Notes under the pieces: generated by a model | What the model saw: the letters and a program-made list of their open reading frames with translations, nothing else | Told to the model about the DNA's origin: nothing | Databases searched by the model: none | Part shown: piece by piece, positions 16,644 through 25,823 of the stretch | Position numbering within the stretch: position 1 is the stretch's first letter | Layout: each line of letters begins with the position of its first letter | Program-made: the position numbers and the translations under genes | UHGV virus genome: UHGV-0129001 | Strand: one strand, 5' to 3' | DNA length: 33,632 nt | Source of the DNA: a virus

Positions 16644-16829
16644 CTATTCCCAAATTAATTCATAGATAGCAAATTGCCCACACATTAGCCAAACCCAACT
16701 TATAATGGCTAAAAATAGGTAAAAATCACTATTCTGTGCTAAAATTCCTAGTTTACCAGTCTTAGTATATACAAAATAGCTTAAAATTATAAGTAAAATT
16801 GTAACTATACCTCTTTTAATGTTTTTCAT
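16644..16829 (-). CDS. Small two-TM membrane protein
   Basis: Two hydrophobic segments; RBS AAAGGAGG; first gene of the early operon. Confidence 0.75.
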   Translation of the reverse strand: MKNIKRGIVTILLIILSYFVYTKTGKLGILAQNSDFYLFLAIISWVWLMCGQFAIYELIWE

Positions 16830-16858
16830 TTTCTTAATCCTCCTTTCATTGTAATTAA

Positions 16859-16887
16859 AGTATACTCTAATTAGGGTATAATGTCAA
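16859..16887 (-). promoter_or_regulatory. SigA early promoter with a 20-bp palindrome
   Basis: TTGACA-17 bp-TATACT; TATACTCTAATTAGGGTATA at 16861-16880. Confidence 0.85.
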
Positions 16888-16898
16888 TACTTTTTTAC

Positions 16899-16927
16899 AA
16901 AAAAAAGAACTTTCTTTTTGAAAGTTC
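16899..16927 (-). terminator. Intrinsic terminator ending the late region
   Basis: GAACUUUC-AAAAA-GAAAGUUC followed by U8. Confidence 0.8.
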
Positions 16928-17066
16928 ACGAACGATAGATAGAAAGGAAAATCGTTCTTAAAAAATGAAAAAACGCTTAAGTAAGCCCTGCCTCTCTTAC
17001 TTAAATAACTTGCCTATTGCAAATTTCCAACGTGTTAAGAAGGGGGTTACAACATTTCTGAGTTGC
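16899..17066 (-). ncRNA. Candidate ~170-nt sRNA
   Basis: Bounded by a promoter (17073-17101) and a terminator; three internal stems; anti-SD/anti-AUG tracts. Confidence 0.55.
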
Positions 17067-17072
17067 AATTTT

Positions 17073-17101
17073 ATTATAACACAAAAGTAAGCAAAAATCA
17101 A
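17073..17101 (-). promoter_or_regulatory. SigA-type promoter after the endolysin stop
   Basis: TTGATT-17 bp-TATAAT with extended TG. Confidence 0.65.
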
Positions 17102-17106
17102 TTTGC

Positions 17107-17874
17107 CTACTTATTACTAATTTCTACTAAATTACCACTAAATACCCAAACTGTTCTACCATTTATGTTAAGCATAGCAGAATTAGTTTTTTTATCAGTA
17201 GCTTGTACTGTATAAATCTTGTCATTTTTAACTAAGCTTCCGATTCCTAACATTTGGTCTTGTGTAGGGTTACCGTTACCGTCTACTTCAGTAAAATCTT
17301 CGCTAGGTAGCCAATGATAACTTGCTACTGTTCTACCTGTTAATTGTGTACTACCAAATAAATTATGAGGTATATCTAAGCAAGTTACTTTGAACATTCC
17401 ATTAAACTTAACCCTAGATCCTATGCTAAGCACTTGGTCAGCTTCTTTAGGCTGTTCTTGCCTAATTAATTGTTTAGGAATAAATGCCCCTATAATGCCC
17501 TCGTATGGCATATTATTTATAGTAGTGTATGGTTTAGGTGCATTTTGCTGTAAGCATTTGAAAGTTCCATTTCCATTATCTTCCAAAAAGAAACCTACAT
17601 GACTCTTAGGAGCTATTCTACAGTCACCCCAAACAACAACAGTTCCAAAAATCATATTGTTTACTGTAGTTTCGGTATAGTAGTTTAACATCCTATTATT
17701 AGCTTTATTTTGAGCTATAGAACGTGCATAACCACTTGGTCTACAGTTAATATATACTCCGTTATTGTATAGTTTGTTAAAGTAGTTAAATAAGTCTACA
17801 CATTGTGGACCATATACTCCATCTACATCAATAGCCTTTCCTAAAGTTTTATTAATAAATTCCTGAAAGTTCAT
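17107..17874 (-). CDS. Endolysin, CHAP domain plus duplicated C-terminal repeat
   Basis: DVDGVYGPQCVDL...SHVGF...LQQN; ADQVLSIGSRVK / QDQMLGIGSLVK; follows the holins. Confidence 0.88.
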   Translation of the reverse strand: MNFQEFINKTLGKAIDVDGVYGPQCVDLFNYFNKLYNNGVYINCRPSGYARSIAQNKANNRMLNYYTETTVNNMIFGTVVVWGDCRIAPKSHVGFFLEDNGNGTFKCLQQNAPKPYTTINNMPYEGIIGAFIPKQLIRQEQPKEADQVLSIGSRVKFNGMFKVTCLDIPHNLFGSTQLTGRTVASYHWLPSEDFTEVDGNGNPTQDQMLGIGSLVKNDKIYTVQATDKKTNSAMLNINGRTVWVFSGNLVEISNK

Positions 17875-17876
17875 AT

Positions 17877-17972
17877 TTATACCTCCTTTTCTTCTTCTAT
17901 TTGCTTCATTATTACAATCTCTGGCTCTTTGTCAATTATTGCTTCGGTTGGTGTTACTACTTCTTTTTCCAT
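17877..17972 (-). CDS. 31-aa acidic peptide (not in ORF track)
   Basis: MEKEVVTPTEAIIDKEPEIVIMKQIEEEKEV; RBS AGGAGG; TAATG overlap with the holin stop. Confidence 0.55.
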   Translation of the reverse strand: MEKEVVTPTEAIIDKEPEIVIMKQIEEEKEV

Positions 17973-18154
17973 TATTTTCCTCCTATTTTTGTAACTGCCT
18001 TATCTCCTAAAAGATAAGTACTACATACTGCTATAATTACTGCTATAGTGTTTGTGATTTTATCAGCATTAACATTCCATATTGGGGCAATACCAATTAT
18101 TAAAGCATTAATTATTGCAAGTACATTTAAAACATATTTAACAGTTTTCTTCAT
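17972..18154 (-). CDS. Holin
   Basis: 60 aa, two TM segments, in the lysis module. Confidence 0.75.
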   Translation of the reverse strand: MKKTVKYVLNVLAIINALIIGIAPIWNVNADKITNTIAVIIAVCSTYLLGDKAVTKIGGK

Positions 18155-18155
18155 T

Positions 18156-18365
18156 TTATCTCTCCTTTTCTTCTAATAAAGTAACCCTATTTTCTACTTT
18201 ATACATTCTATCTATCAATGTATTATGCTTGTTAACGTGTTCTGTTAATTCATCTATCTTGTAATTAAGTAAGTCTTGATTTTTTTTAGCAGTAGTTAGA
18301 GTAGCTATTAAACTTGGAACAGCTACGCATAAACCACTTATTAAAGCTGTCACTATACTATTCAT
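18156..18365 (-). CDS. Holin-associated (XhlA-like) membrane protein
   Basis: N-terminal TM plus YKIDELTEHVNKHNTLIDRMYKVE coiled coil. Confidence 0.65.
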   Translation of the reverse strand: MNSIVTALISGLCVAVPSLIATLTTAKKNQDLLNYKIDELTEHVNKHNTLIDRMYKVENRVTLLEEKER

Positions 18366-18373
18366 AATTTCTC

Positions 18374-18847
18374 CTAAGCCGTTCTATGCCATCTATTAAC
18401 CACTTTACTTGGTTGGACATTATTATGTGCTTGCCCTCCACCAATGGCTTCTGGGTTACTAGTTCCAGCAATTCCAGCACCTGCTTGTGGTAAAAAAGTT
18501 GTTATTCCACCTACAACGTGTCCTGAATGACTAGGCATCTCTTCTATTGTCAAAGTATGTGTTTCTTCACCAACAACAGTACCTAAGTCTACATTAAACT
18601 TGCTACCACTTACACTTGATTTAGAAACTAATACTGTACCATCTTCGTCAAGTTCCCATGTACCACCCCACATAACATTTGGGTCAAAGTTCAAGTCACT
18701 TGTTTCGTAGTATGTTCCAATTGGATAAATCAAGTTATTGATTACATTCTTAATTTCATTCATATTGTTTGCAGTTACTTTATTAATTTCTGCTACATTA
18801 GGGTTTTCATTCAGTGTCACCTTGTCGGCATAAGTGATTAGATTCAT
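18374..18847 (-). CDS. Baseplate/tail-fibre-associated protein
   Basis: YPIGTYY...WGGTW...GEETHTLTIEEMPSH...GGGQAHNNVQP...WHRTA. Confidence 0.75.
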   Translation of the reverse strand: MNLITYADKVTLNENPNVAEINKVTANNMNEIKNVINNLIYPIGTYYETSDLNFDPNVMWGGTWELDEDGTVLVSKSSVSGSKFNVDLGTVVGEETHTLTIEEMPSHSGHVVGGITTFLPQAGAGIAGTSNPEAIGGGQAHNNVQPSKVVNRWHRTA

Positions 18848-18857
18848 TTTTTACCTC

Positions 18858-20804
18858 CTATAATTGAACACCACTCACAGTCAAATTTTGACTGATAGTG
18901 TATGTTTTATTTAATTCAAATTCACTTGTTATTGTATTATAAACTGTGTCTTCATCTTGGCTGAGTAATTCTATATTTATTATACCTTTATTTACATATA
19001 TTGTAAAATTAGTACGCATGGCATTTTCAACTTGTGTAAATGCTATCGGTATTATAGAATTTGTTCCATCTTGATAATTTATCTTAGCCTTTGATATTTT
19101 TTGATTATCATAATCTTGTACCTCTGATATGCTCTCATTTAATCTTGTAGCTCCTACAGGATTAAGAATAGGATTATTAGTATCGTTATTATTAATCATT
19201 TGTAATGTATTAATAAAGTTCAAATAAACAGTTTCATAAACATTCTTTGTAATGATGTTCTCTTTTTCTACCATTATAGAGTTAGTCTCACTTATTAGGT
19301 CTTGCTTAGCTATCATTTTATCATTCAAATAATTATTTGGTATTTCTATAGTAGACTGTGTTACTCTATCATTAACAGTTTTATTGTATAAATTTCTTGC
19401 AAAAATAATATCGTTATTGTCATCGTATAATATTCCTGAATTTGGAATCATGCTATTGATATTTTTATATGGTTCTCCGTTGTAATTGTTGGAATTATAT
19501 ACTTCTAAGATATTATATAATTGCCAAAAATTAGCTGTAAATGTAGTATTGTACATATAGGCATTAATTTTATTAAAAGTATTATTTACATAAAATAATC
19601 GATAATTTCTAACAAAATTTTGCTGTAATCCTATTTCAATTGGATTCCATTTATCTACATATCTTTGAAAATAATAATCTGCTTTATAAGGACTTTGTGT
19701 AATATTAGTATTATATTGAATATACAGTTCATTTTGGTTAGTATTAACATAGATTGCTTCTAAATCACAATAATCATAGTCACCTAAATATTTTTCAAAA
19801 ATTTTTTTCAATTCTAATGTTGAATTGTTATAATAATACAAACCAATATATTTTTTCTCATTTTTTCCACTTATACCCCAATGTTGATTATTTAAAACAA
19901 AATATATTTCATTCTTATTTATAAAAATAGACTGATTATTATAACTTTGTGTATCTATATAGGCAGAAAATTCAAAATTTGCAATAATTTTTATTTCCAA
20001 AGATGAAGAATTAAAGTTTTTGGTCCATAGATAAACATTTTTATCATTTAAGTCTAATTTAGTGATAATTAATTGGTAAAAAAGACTATTATTTTCATCA
20101 TATTCAACATAACAATCTCCCAATAACCATCCGGAGCCATCACTATCATATTTATTCCATTCGTTGGCTTGTCCTACCTCAATTTTTAGAGTTATTACTC
20201 TTATTTCTCGATAATTAAATACACCTGTTATTGTATTTTCAGTAAATATTTTTCCAACAAAGCAATAATTTGCACTATTAACATCTTTGAAAATCTTATA
20301 AGCATAAAAATTTTTATAATCAGTAGGAAATGAATAACTCCTTCTTAAAATTAATTTATTAGATTGAACGAAATTATTAACCATTATGAATCTTTTTTCA
20401 CTTGTAATTATACTTTGAGGTTTATCATTAGGATAATCTGGACAGTCTATTAAATAAAAGGTGCCATCGTCAGCTTGATTTAAAGCTTGGACATATCTCA
20501 TGTATGTTCCACTATCGAATTGATAGTATGTTTTTAATGGTTGCAAATCTGCGGTCATTATCATTAAAATACCTTTTACTACGTTTTCACTGTCTATATA
20601 TCCACCATAAAGCACCACATTACCACTAATTCTATCTTTAATAAGTCCTTCTATTCTTAATTTAGTATATTCAGGAATAAAGTTTTGATACACCGTAGTG
20701 TCTATACTTTCTACTTTTTTAATTATTTCATCAGTAGTACCAGTTTCACGAGGCATATTGCCCACAAAATAATTCAATAAATTTTGTTTAAAATCATTCG
20801 TCAT
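18858..20804 (-). CDS. Minor tail protein, possible receptor-binding protein
   Basis: 648 aa, N/Y-rich beta-type sequence; tail-tip position. Confidence 0.6.
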   Translation of the reverse strand: MTNDFKQNLLNYFVGNMPRETGTTDEIIKKVESIDTTVYQNFIPEYTKLRIEGLIKDRISGNVVLYGGYIDSENVVKGILMIMTADLQPLKTYYQFDSGTYMRYVQALNQADDGTFYLIDCPDYPNDKPQSIITSEKRFIMVNNFVQSNKLILRRSYSFPTDYKNFYAYKIFKDVNSANYCFVGKIFTENTITGVFNYREIRVITLKIEVGQANEWNKYDSDGSGWLLGDCYVEYDENNSLFYQLIITKLDLNDKNVYLWTKNFNSSSLEIKIIANFEFSAYIDTQSYNNQSIFINKNEIYFVLNNQHWGISGKNEKKYIGLYYYNNSTLELKKIFEKYLGDYDYCDLEAIYVNTNQNELYIQYNTNITQSPYKADYYFQRYVDKWNPIEIGLQQNFVRNYRLFYVNNTFNKINAYMYNTTFTANFWQLYNILEVYNSNNYNGEPYKNINSMIPNSGILYDDNNDIIFARNLYNKTVNDRVTQSTIEIPNNYLNDKMIAKQDLISETNSIMVEKENIITKNVYETVYLNFINTLQMINNNDTNNPILNPVGATRLNESISEVQDYDNQKISKAKINYQDGTNSIIPIAFTQVENAMRTNFTIYVNKGIINIELLSQDEDTVYNTITSEFELNKTYTISQNLTVSGVQL

Positions 20805-20814
20805 ATTATACCTC

Positions 20815-22302
20815 CTAATTGTTAAATGGGCTATCTAATGCACAGTCTAATATGTTATCTCCCTGTACTGTAACTTCTTCAACTGTTAAATTAGAAAATA
20901 TTATATTAGCTGTATTTTCTATGTCTATATTTCTTGCTATATATTCACCCTGTGCTATATTACCACTAGCCTTATTTCTTTGGTTATCAAACCAGTTAAT
21001 AGCATTTTCACTATTAAAGTTAGATACTAATTGATAAGTATAAAAAATTTTATCAGCTGTTATAATAGCCCTAATTTCTTTCTTTTTGACCATGTAATCG
21101 GTAGCTAAATCTTGAAGTGGTGCTTCAAAGTGAACTATTTGACCTATATTAAATAAATCTTTATCTTCAGTAGATATATTTAGTTGTATTTCAGCACTAC
21201 CTTTGTATCTTATATATGCTTGCCCTACTTTATTCAATTCTTCACTTGATACTACATCGTTTCTATTTTCGTATCTAGCAATAGTTCCTTTTCTACCAGT
21301 ATTAGTCCTGATTCTACTAACTTCATCATTATCATAAACTATTTGTCTACCTTGAACTATAGGTATATACACAATTTTTATTTGAGTACCTGCTCCATAA
21401 ATTGGCTGATTAGAATTGCTTTCAAAAGTATTTTCTCCTGGGGTATAGTAAAAGTCTGCATCTGCTCCTAATTCTTTGTCGGTATTTGTAGCAAATGTTT
21501 TATCTATATTTCCTACTTTAATACTCTTTATAGCACCAATTTTACCTATGGTATTAAATGTTCTAGTATAGCCACTTGCTATTATATTATCAGTATAATC
21601 TATGTTTCCATAAACTTCATTTGATAACATAACTTGTTTATTTCTATAATCTCTAGTTCCATATTGCCAAGTCATATCTATAATTTTATTATTTTTGAAA
21701 TATTCATTTGTATACTGTATATTATCAGCTCTAGGCATTAAAGTGGGATCATAGAAATCAATTGCAACAGTATTCTCATCTATTGTTCTCGTAAACCATT
21801 TAGATTGTGAAATGTCGGCTATGTATTGGAATACATCGTATGCTGTTTTCTCTTGTGTAGAGTATGCTCCAATTATTTCATCTTCATTATGTATATTGAT
21901 ATTGCCTAGTATAAATCCATAATCGCTGATAGCCTCTACAATCATTTCAATAGCTTCACGAATAGTTTTATTTGCAATTACAAAATCAAGTGTTTCTCCC
22001 TCTGATAGAAATGTTTTAAAATCTAATATCTGTAAAGAACAATAATGTGGGTACCTAGGATTTAAACTTATTTCACCTGTGTTTTTAACAACACCACAGA
22101 ATACTAATTCGCCATCCTTTAAGATTTTACATTTTGAATAATCTTCAGGAAAATAAAAATTAGTAACATAATCTTTATTAGTTTCCCAACTTTTTGGATA
22201 TAAATTATTAAGTATGGTTGAGGAAGTAGCTAGCATTTCCTCTGTAATTGTAAACTCTTTATCACTAACTACTTCTTCTTCATTAATAAATACTTGTATC
22301 AT
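20815..22302 (-). CDS. Tail tip/hub protein
   Basis: 495 aa directly after the tape measure gene. Confidence 0.65.
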   Translation of the reverse strand: MIQVFINEEEVVSDKEFTITEEMLATSSTILNNLYPKSWETNKDYVTNFYFPEDYSKCKILKDGELVFCGVVKNTGEISLNPRYPHYCSLQILDFKTFLSEGETLDFVIANKTIREAIEMIVEAISDYGFILGNINIHNEDEIIGAYSTQEKTAYDVFQYIADISQSKWFTRTIDENTVAIDFYDPTLMPRADNIQYTNEYFKNNKIIDMTWQYGTRDYRNKQVMLSNEVYGNIDYTDNIIASGYTRTFNTIGKIGAIKSIKVGNIDKTFATNTDKELGADADFYYTPGENTFESNSNQPIYGAGTQIKIVYIPIVQGRQIVYDNDEVSRIRTNTGRKGTIARYENRNDVVSSEELNKVGQAYIRYKGSAEIQLNISTEDKDLFNIGQIVHFEAPLQDLATDYMVKKKEIRAIITADKIFYTYQLVSNFNSENAINWFDNQRNKASGNIAQGEYIARNIDIENTANIIFSNLTVEEVTVQGDNILDCALDSPFNN

Positions 22303-22305
22303 AAA

Positions 22306-23527
22306 TCACACTCCCATACCGTAATTATAATCATTTTTAGAGCCACCGGCAAACGTTTTTATATCATTAACCATTTGACCTAGTGGATCTTGCTTGATGT
22401 TATTAATATTAGTTACATTAATTACTGGACTTAAATTAGTACTTGTAGAGCCATACAAGCTAGGGCTTAAATCAAACATACCGTCAATGGCTTGTTGTAC
22501 CTTAGGTTGCATATCTTCCATACCATTATATAGTCCTTGCATATTCATTTCACCTATCCAAGCAAAAACTCTTGATGGTGAATGAATTTGGAAGAAATCG
22601 GTAAATCCTTTTTTAAGACTTTTGCCAATATTTTTAATTGCTTTTGAGGCACCACTTAGCATAGATTTCATTCCTTCAACAAGTCCATTAATTATATTCT
22701 TTCCAATATCTTTAAACATACTTGGCAATTGTTTCCAATAATTAAGCATTGATTTGCCTATTTTTGGTAAATGTGATAGTAAGACAGGTACAGCATTTAA
22801 TATACCTTTTAATAATCCAATTAAAACTTGATAGCCTGCTTTTATAAACAAAGGTAGATTATCTATTATTACTGGAATTAATTGTAATATAGCGTCTACT
22901 ATTTGTGGTATTAATGTAGGCCATAAATCAGCCATAGCTTGTACTATCATTATAGTCATTAAAATTAAGGATTGTAATATTTGAGGTAGCATAGAAGATA
23001 TATTTTTAACTAATAGTGGTACTATATTAATTAGCTCTGTCAAAATTTGTGGCATAGCTTGAATAAGGCCATTTATTAATGACATTGCTCCAGTTATTAC
23101 TGTTGGTAATAATTTGTTTATAACACTCGGTATTTGTGGAATAATAGCATTTGTCATTTGAATTAATCCACTTATAATTTGTGGTGCCATTTTTATTACA
23201 GCATTCATTATATTTGTGCCTGCTGTTGTAAATGTTTGTACTACTTGCTCTACACCGCCAGTACCAGCTAAAAAGTTTTCAAAAGCTGATTTAGCTGAAC
23301 CAATTGATCCTGATATAGTTGTACTTGCTTCTTTTGCTGTTGTACCTGCTATATCTAATTTTTTTTGCATTACTGAAATAGCATTAACTATATTTCCGAA
23401 CGACATATCTCCGTCTTTAACTGATAAATTTAATTCTTTTTGAATATCAGTCATTTTAGAAGCATCAGTAATAAGTCTTGCCATTTCTTCTTTAGTACCA
23501 CCATAACCCAATTTTAAGTTATCTAAC
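22306..23527 (-). CDS. Tape measure protein, exon 2
   Basis: G|TTA GAT AAC TTA AAA TTG GGT TAT GGT completes MLDNLKLGYGGTKEEM; amphipathic repeats; spliced product 567 aa. Confidence 0.92.
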
Positions 23528-23583
23528 CAATTTCTACCCTCGTTTTCACGATACTTTAACACTCATTTAGGAGTGGGTTTAGA

Positions 23584-24066
23584 CTATATCATTATCTCAA
23601 ATTTCCAGCCTTTTTTATTTCCTCTAGTATAATATCTTCCGTATGATATTAAACTTTTATCACACTTAAAATATTCGGCTGTTTCATTTCTGGAATTGAA
23701 TATTAATTTTTCGCCATTTTTATTAATTGCTATTATTTTTTTCTTTCTATTTTCTATTCTAGAAGTATAACCGTATGCTAAATCATTTTCTCTAGCTGTT
23801 ACCCATTCTAGATTATCTTTTCTGTTATCGCCTTTATTACCGTTTTTATGGTTAATTTGTGGCTTATTTTGATTATTAGGTATAAATGCATTACCTACTA
23901 ATCTATGCACGTATTGTGGTACTGTTTTTCTACCTAATTGCACTTGTTTATAACCGCTTGGCTTAGTATATTGTTTTAATATTCTCCCAGTTTTATCATT
24001 TTTGACATTTCCTAAATCACTTACTGAATAATTAGGATATTCTTCTATCTTTTTAAAAATTTCCAT
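23584..24066 (-). CDS. Intron-encoded NUMOD4-HNH homing endonuclease
   Basis: YPNYSVSDLGNV...VHRLVGNAFIPN...INHKNGNKGDNRKDNLEWVT...; lies in the P8 loop, its 3' end overlaps P8 and P7. Confidence 0.92.
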   Translation of the reverse strand: MEIFKKIEEYPNYSVSDLGNVKNDKTGRILKQYTKPSGYKQVQLGRKTVPQYVHRLVGNAFIPNNQNKPQINHKNGNKGDNRKDNLEWVTARENDLAYGYTSRIENRKKKIIAINKNGEKLIFNSRNETAEYFKCDKSLISYGRYYTRGNKKGWKFEIMI

Positions 24067-24072
24067 ATATTT

Positions 24073-24113
24073 CCTCCTAGTAATATTATATTACTAAAAC
24101 AAAATTTTTACAA
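24073..24113 (-). promoter_or_regulatory. Intron-internal promoter and RBS-occluding hairpin
   Basis: TTGTAA-17 bp-TATAAT (24113-24085); hairpin UUUUAGUAAUA-UAA-UAUUACUAGGA covers AGGA of the RBS. Confidence 0.7.
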
Positions 24114-24379
24114 GATAGACATTGTTATTTGAGATAGTATGCACTTCCGATATCGTACCAATAGATACCGTACTGAGTAACGAACTCATAGTCGTTAGAC
24201 CTTCCTATTTCTAGGCTTGGCACTGGATAACCATATCTTTTTTAAAAGACTTAGGCTTCCCCAGTTAGCAGGAATATTAATTTATCATTTCCTATAAAAA
24301 CTTTATCGTTATTCCCACACCTCTGGTAGAGTTCACATACACTGACTTAGTTATCACTAACTAAGCCGACATATAATTT

Positions 24380-24861
24380 ATCGTATAATTTTGCTTAGCA
24401 AAACCTTGATAAGCATTCTGTATCATTTCCATGGAAGTACCCATTTTATTAGCATTATCGGACATATCTACTACTGCTCTATCGGCATATTCAGCAGCTT
24501 TTTTGGTATCTCCTCCCAAAGACTGCAATAAACTGGCACTAAATGACGTAACTTGTTCCATGTAATTATTAGCACTTAATCCCGCTGTAGTATACGCTTT
24601 TTTTGCGTTTGCTATTACTGTATCAGCACTATCTTTAAATAAGGTTTCAACACCACCAACCGATTGTTCTACATCGGCATACATTTTGACACTTGCACCT
24701 ACAAGTCCGGTTATTGCTGTTGTTGCTACTGCTGTACCTTTTAAAAATGCTCCACCAATATTTTTACCTATATTTCCTAACTTAGAGCCTAATTCATTTG
24801 TTTTTTTATCTATATCTTTTGTATCACCTTTAAAATTAAAGATAACATTTCCTGCGTCCAT
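24380..24861 (-). CDS. Tape measure protein, exon 1
   Basis: EQSVGGVETLFKDSA...AGLSANNYME...DMSDNANKMGT...AYQGFAKQNYT, ending in AT (482 nt). Confidence 0.92.
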
Positions 24862-24874
24862 TTTTTCACCTCCT

Positions 24875-24912
24875 AAAAAAATAAGGATAAGGGTATTACA
24901 CCCCTACCCTTA
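24875..24912 (-). terminator. Intrinsic terminator between major tail and tape measure genes
   Basis: UAAGGGUAGGGG-UGUAAUA-CCCUUAUCCUUA then U7. Confidence 0.75.
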
Positions 24913-24921
24913 AAGGTTAAT

Positions 24922-25392
24922 TTATCCTGATACTACTGTACCTTTTCCAGTAATAACAATAGTTAAGCTAAATTCTGATGCGTCTTCTGCAGCTCCACCT
25001 AGTTCACTAAAGTTTAATGTACAAGGCACTTGATATTTAGTATAAGTTAGAGCATTTGTTTCAACACCTGTCAATAACTCAAATTGAACTGTTTGATTAT
25101 TGAACTGAGCAACTGTACCGTCTTTTAATAAAGTATGAATCATACCTAATAATCCAGTAATAGCTGAATTATTCATATCAATTTTAACAGTAGTTTCAAT
25201 ACTAATTGCTGCTCCTGTAATTATAGAACGTTGAATTGCATCACAAAATGTATAGAAATCCTGTTGTTCTAAATCGGTAGCTAATGTTACCTCAGTAGAT
25301 GTACACATTTCTGTATATGTAGGGGCTACTGTAGTACCTGTGTTAATAGATAGTCCTTTAATTACTTCCCTATTATTTGTAAACCATTGCAT
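24922..25392 (-). CDS. Major tail protein
   Basis: 156 aa, T-rich, ends LGGAAEDASEFSLTIVITG; position. Confidence 0.78.
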   Translation of the reverse strand: MQWFTNNREVIKGLSINTGTTVAPTYTEMCTSTEVTLATDLEQQDFYTFCDAIQRSIITGAAISIETTVKIDMNNSAITGLLGMIHTLLKDGTVAQFNNQTVQFELLTGVETNALTYTKYQVPCTLNFSELGGAAEDASEFSLTIVITGKGTVVSG

Positions 25393-25394
25393 AT

Positions 25395-25823
25395 TTATTC
25401 CTCCTCACCAATTTTATTTACAATACATTTTAACGTTGAATTATATCCTATTCTACGAATATCTATGTATTCAATAGCTTGTGGATTAACCCATTGTGAA
25501 AATATTAATTGCCATATTTCTTTACCATTTTTTCTTATTATACTCTTACCTATAAGACTCCCTATCATTAATGAAATATTTTTACATTCTTGAATAGACA
25601 ATCCATAAATATCAATCATATAATAATTGAATAATGGTGTAATATCACCATAAAAAACCTGTTTATTACCGTCTTGTTCTTGAACAGTAATTACTCTTTT
25701 ATCATTATCATTTGTAGAATATTCAGCCTTTATTTTCCATTTATCAGTAGTATAATTGTCGATAATTTCTTGAAGATAGTTTATAAGTATAATTTGTTTA
25801 TTTTCAACATCTTTTTGTGTCAT
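25395..25823 (-). CDS. Tail terminator/completion protein
   Basis: Size and position before the major tail gene. Confidence 0.6.
   Translation of the reverse strand: MTQKDVENKQIILINYLQEIIDNYTTDKWKIKAEYSTNDNDKRVITVQEQDGNKQVFYGDITPLFNYYMIDIYGLSIQECKNISLMIGSLIGKSIIRKNGKEIWQLIFSQWVNPQAIEYIDIRRIGYNSTLKCIVNKIGEEE

Larger units (their letters stand above)
23528..24379 (-). ncRNA. Group I intron (IA2-like, 852 nt) in the tape measure gene
   Basis: Exon ends in U, intron ends in G; P1 CGAU/GUCG with U-G; P2 10 bp with GUGA loop; P3 GUAUGU/GCAUAC; P AACUGGGGAAGCC; Q GGUUAUCCAGUGCCAAG; R UCUAACGACUAU; S AAUGAUAUAGUCU; P7.1 and P7.2; P8 UAUCUCAAAU/AUUUGAGAUA; P9 with GAAA loop. Confidence 0.93.

Noticed and set aside
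16965..17090. 41-codon plus-strand ORF MKKRLSKP... with upstream AGAAAGGA
   Set aside because: SD is about 16 nt from the ATG, no plus-strand promoter was seen, and the promoter and terminator face the minus strand.
23528..23562. ORF-track start MLKYRENEGRNW for the 418-aa ORF, and the INYMSA end of the 166-aa ORF
   Set aside because: Both are translations of intron sequence.
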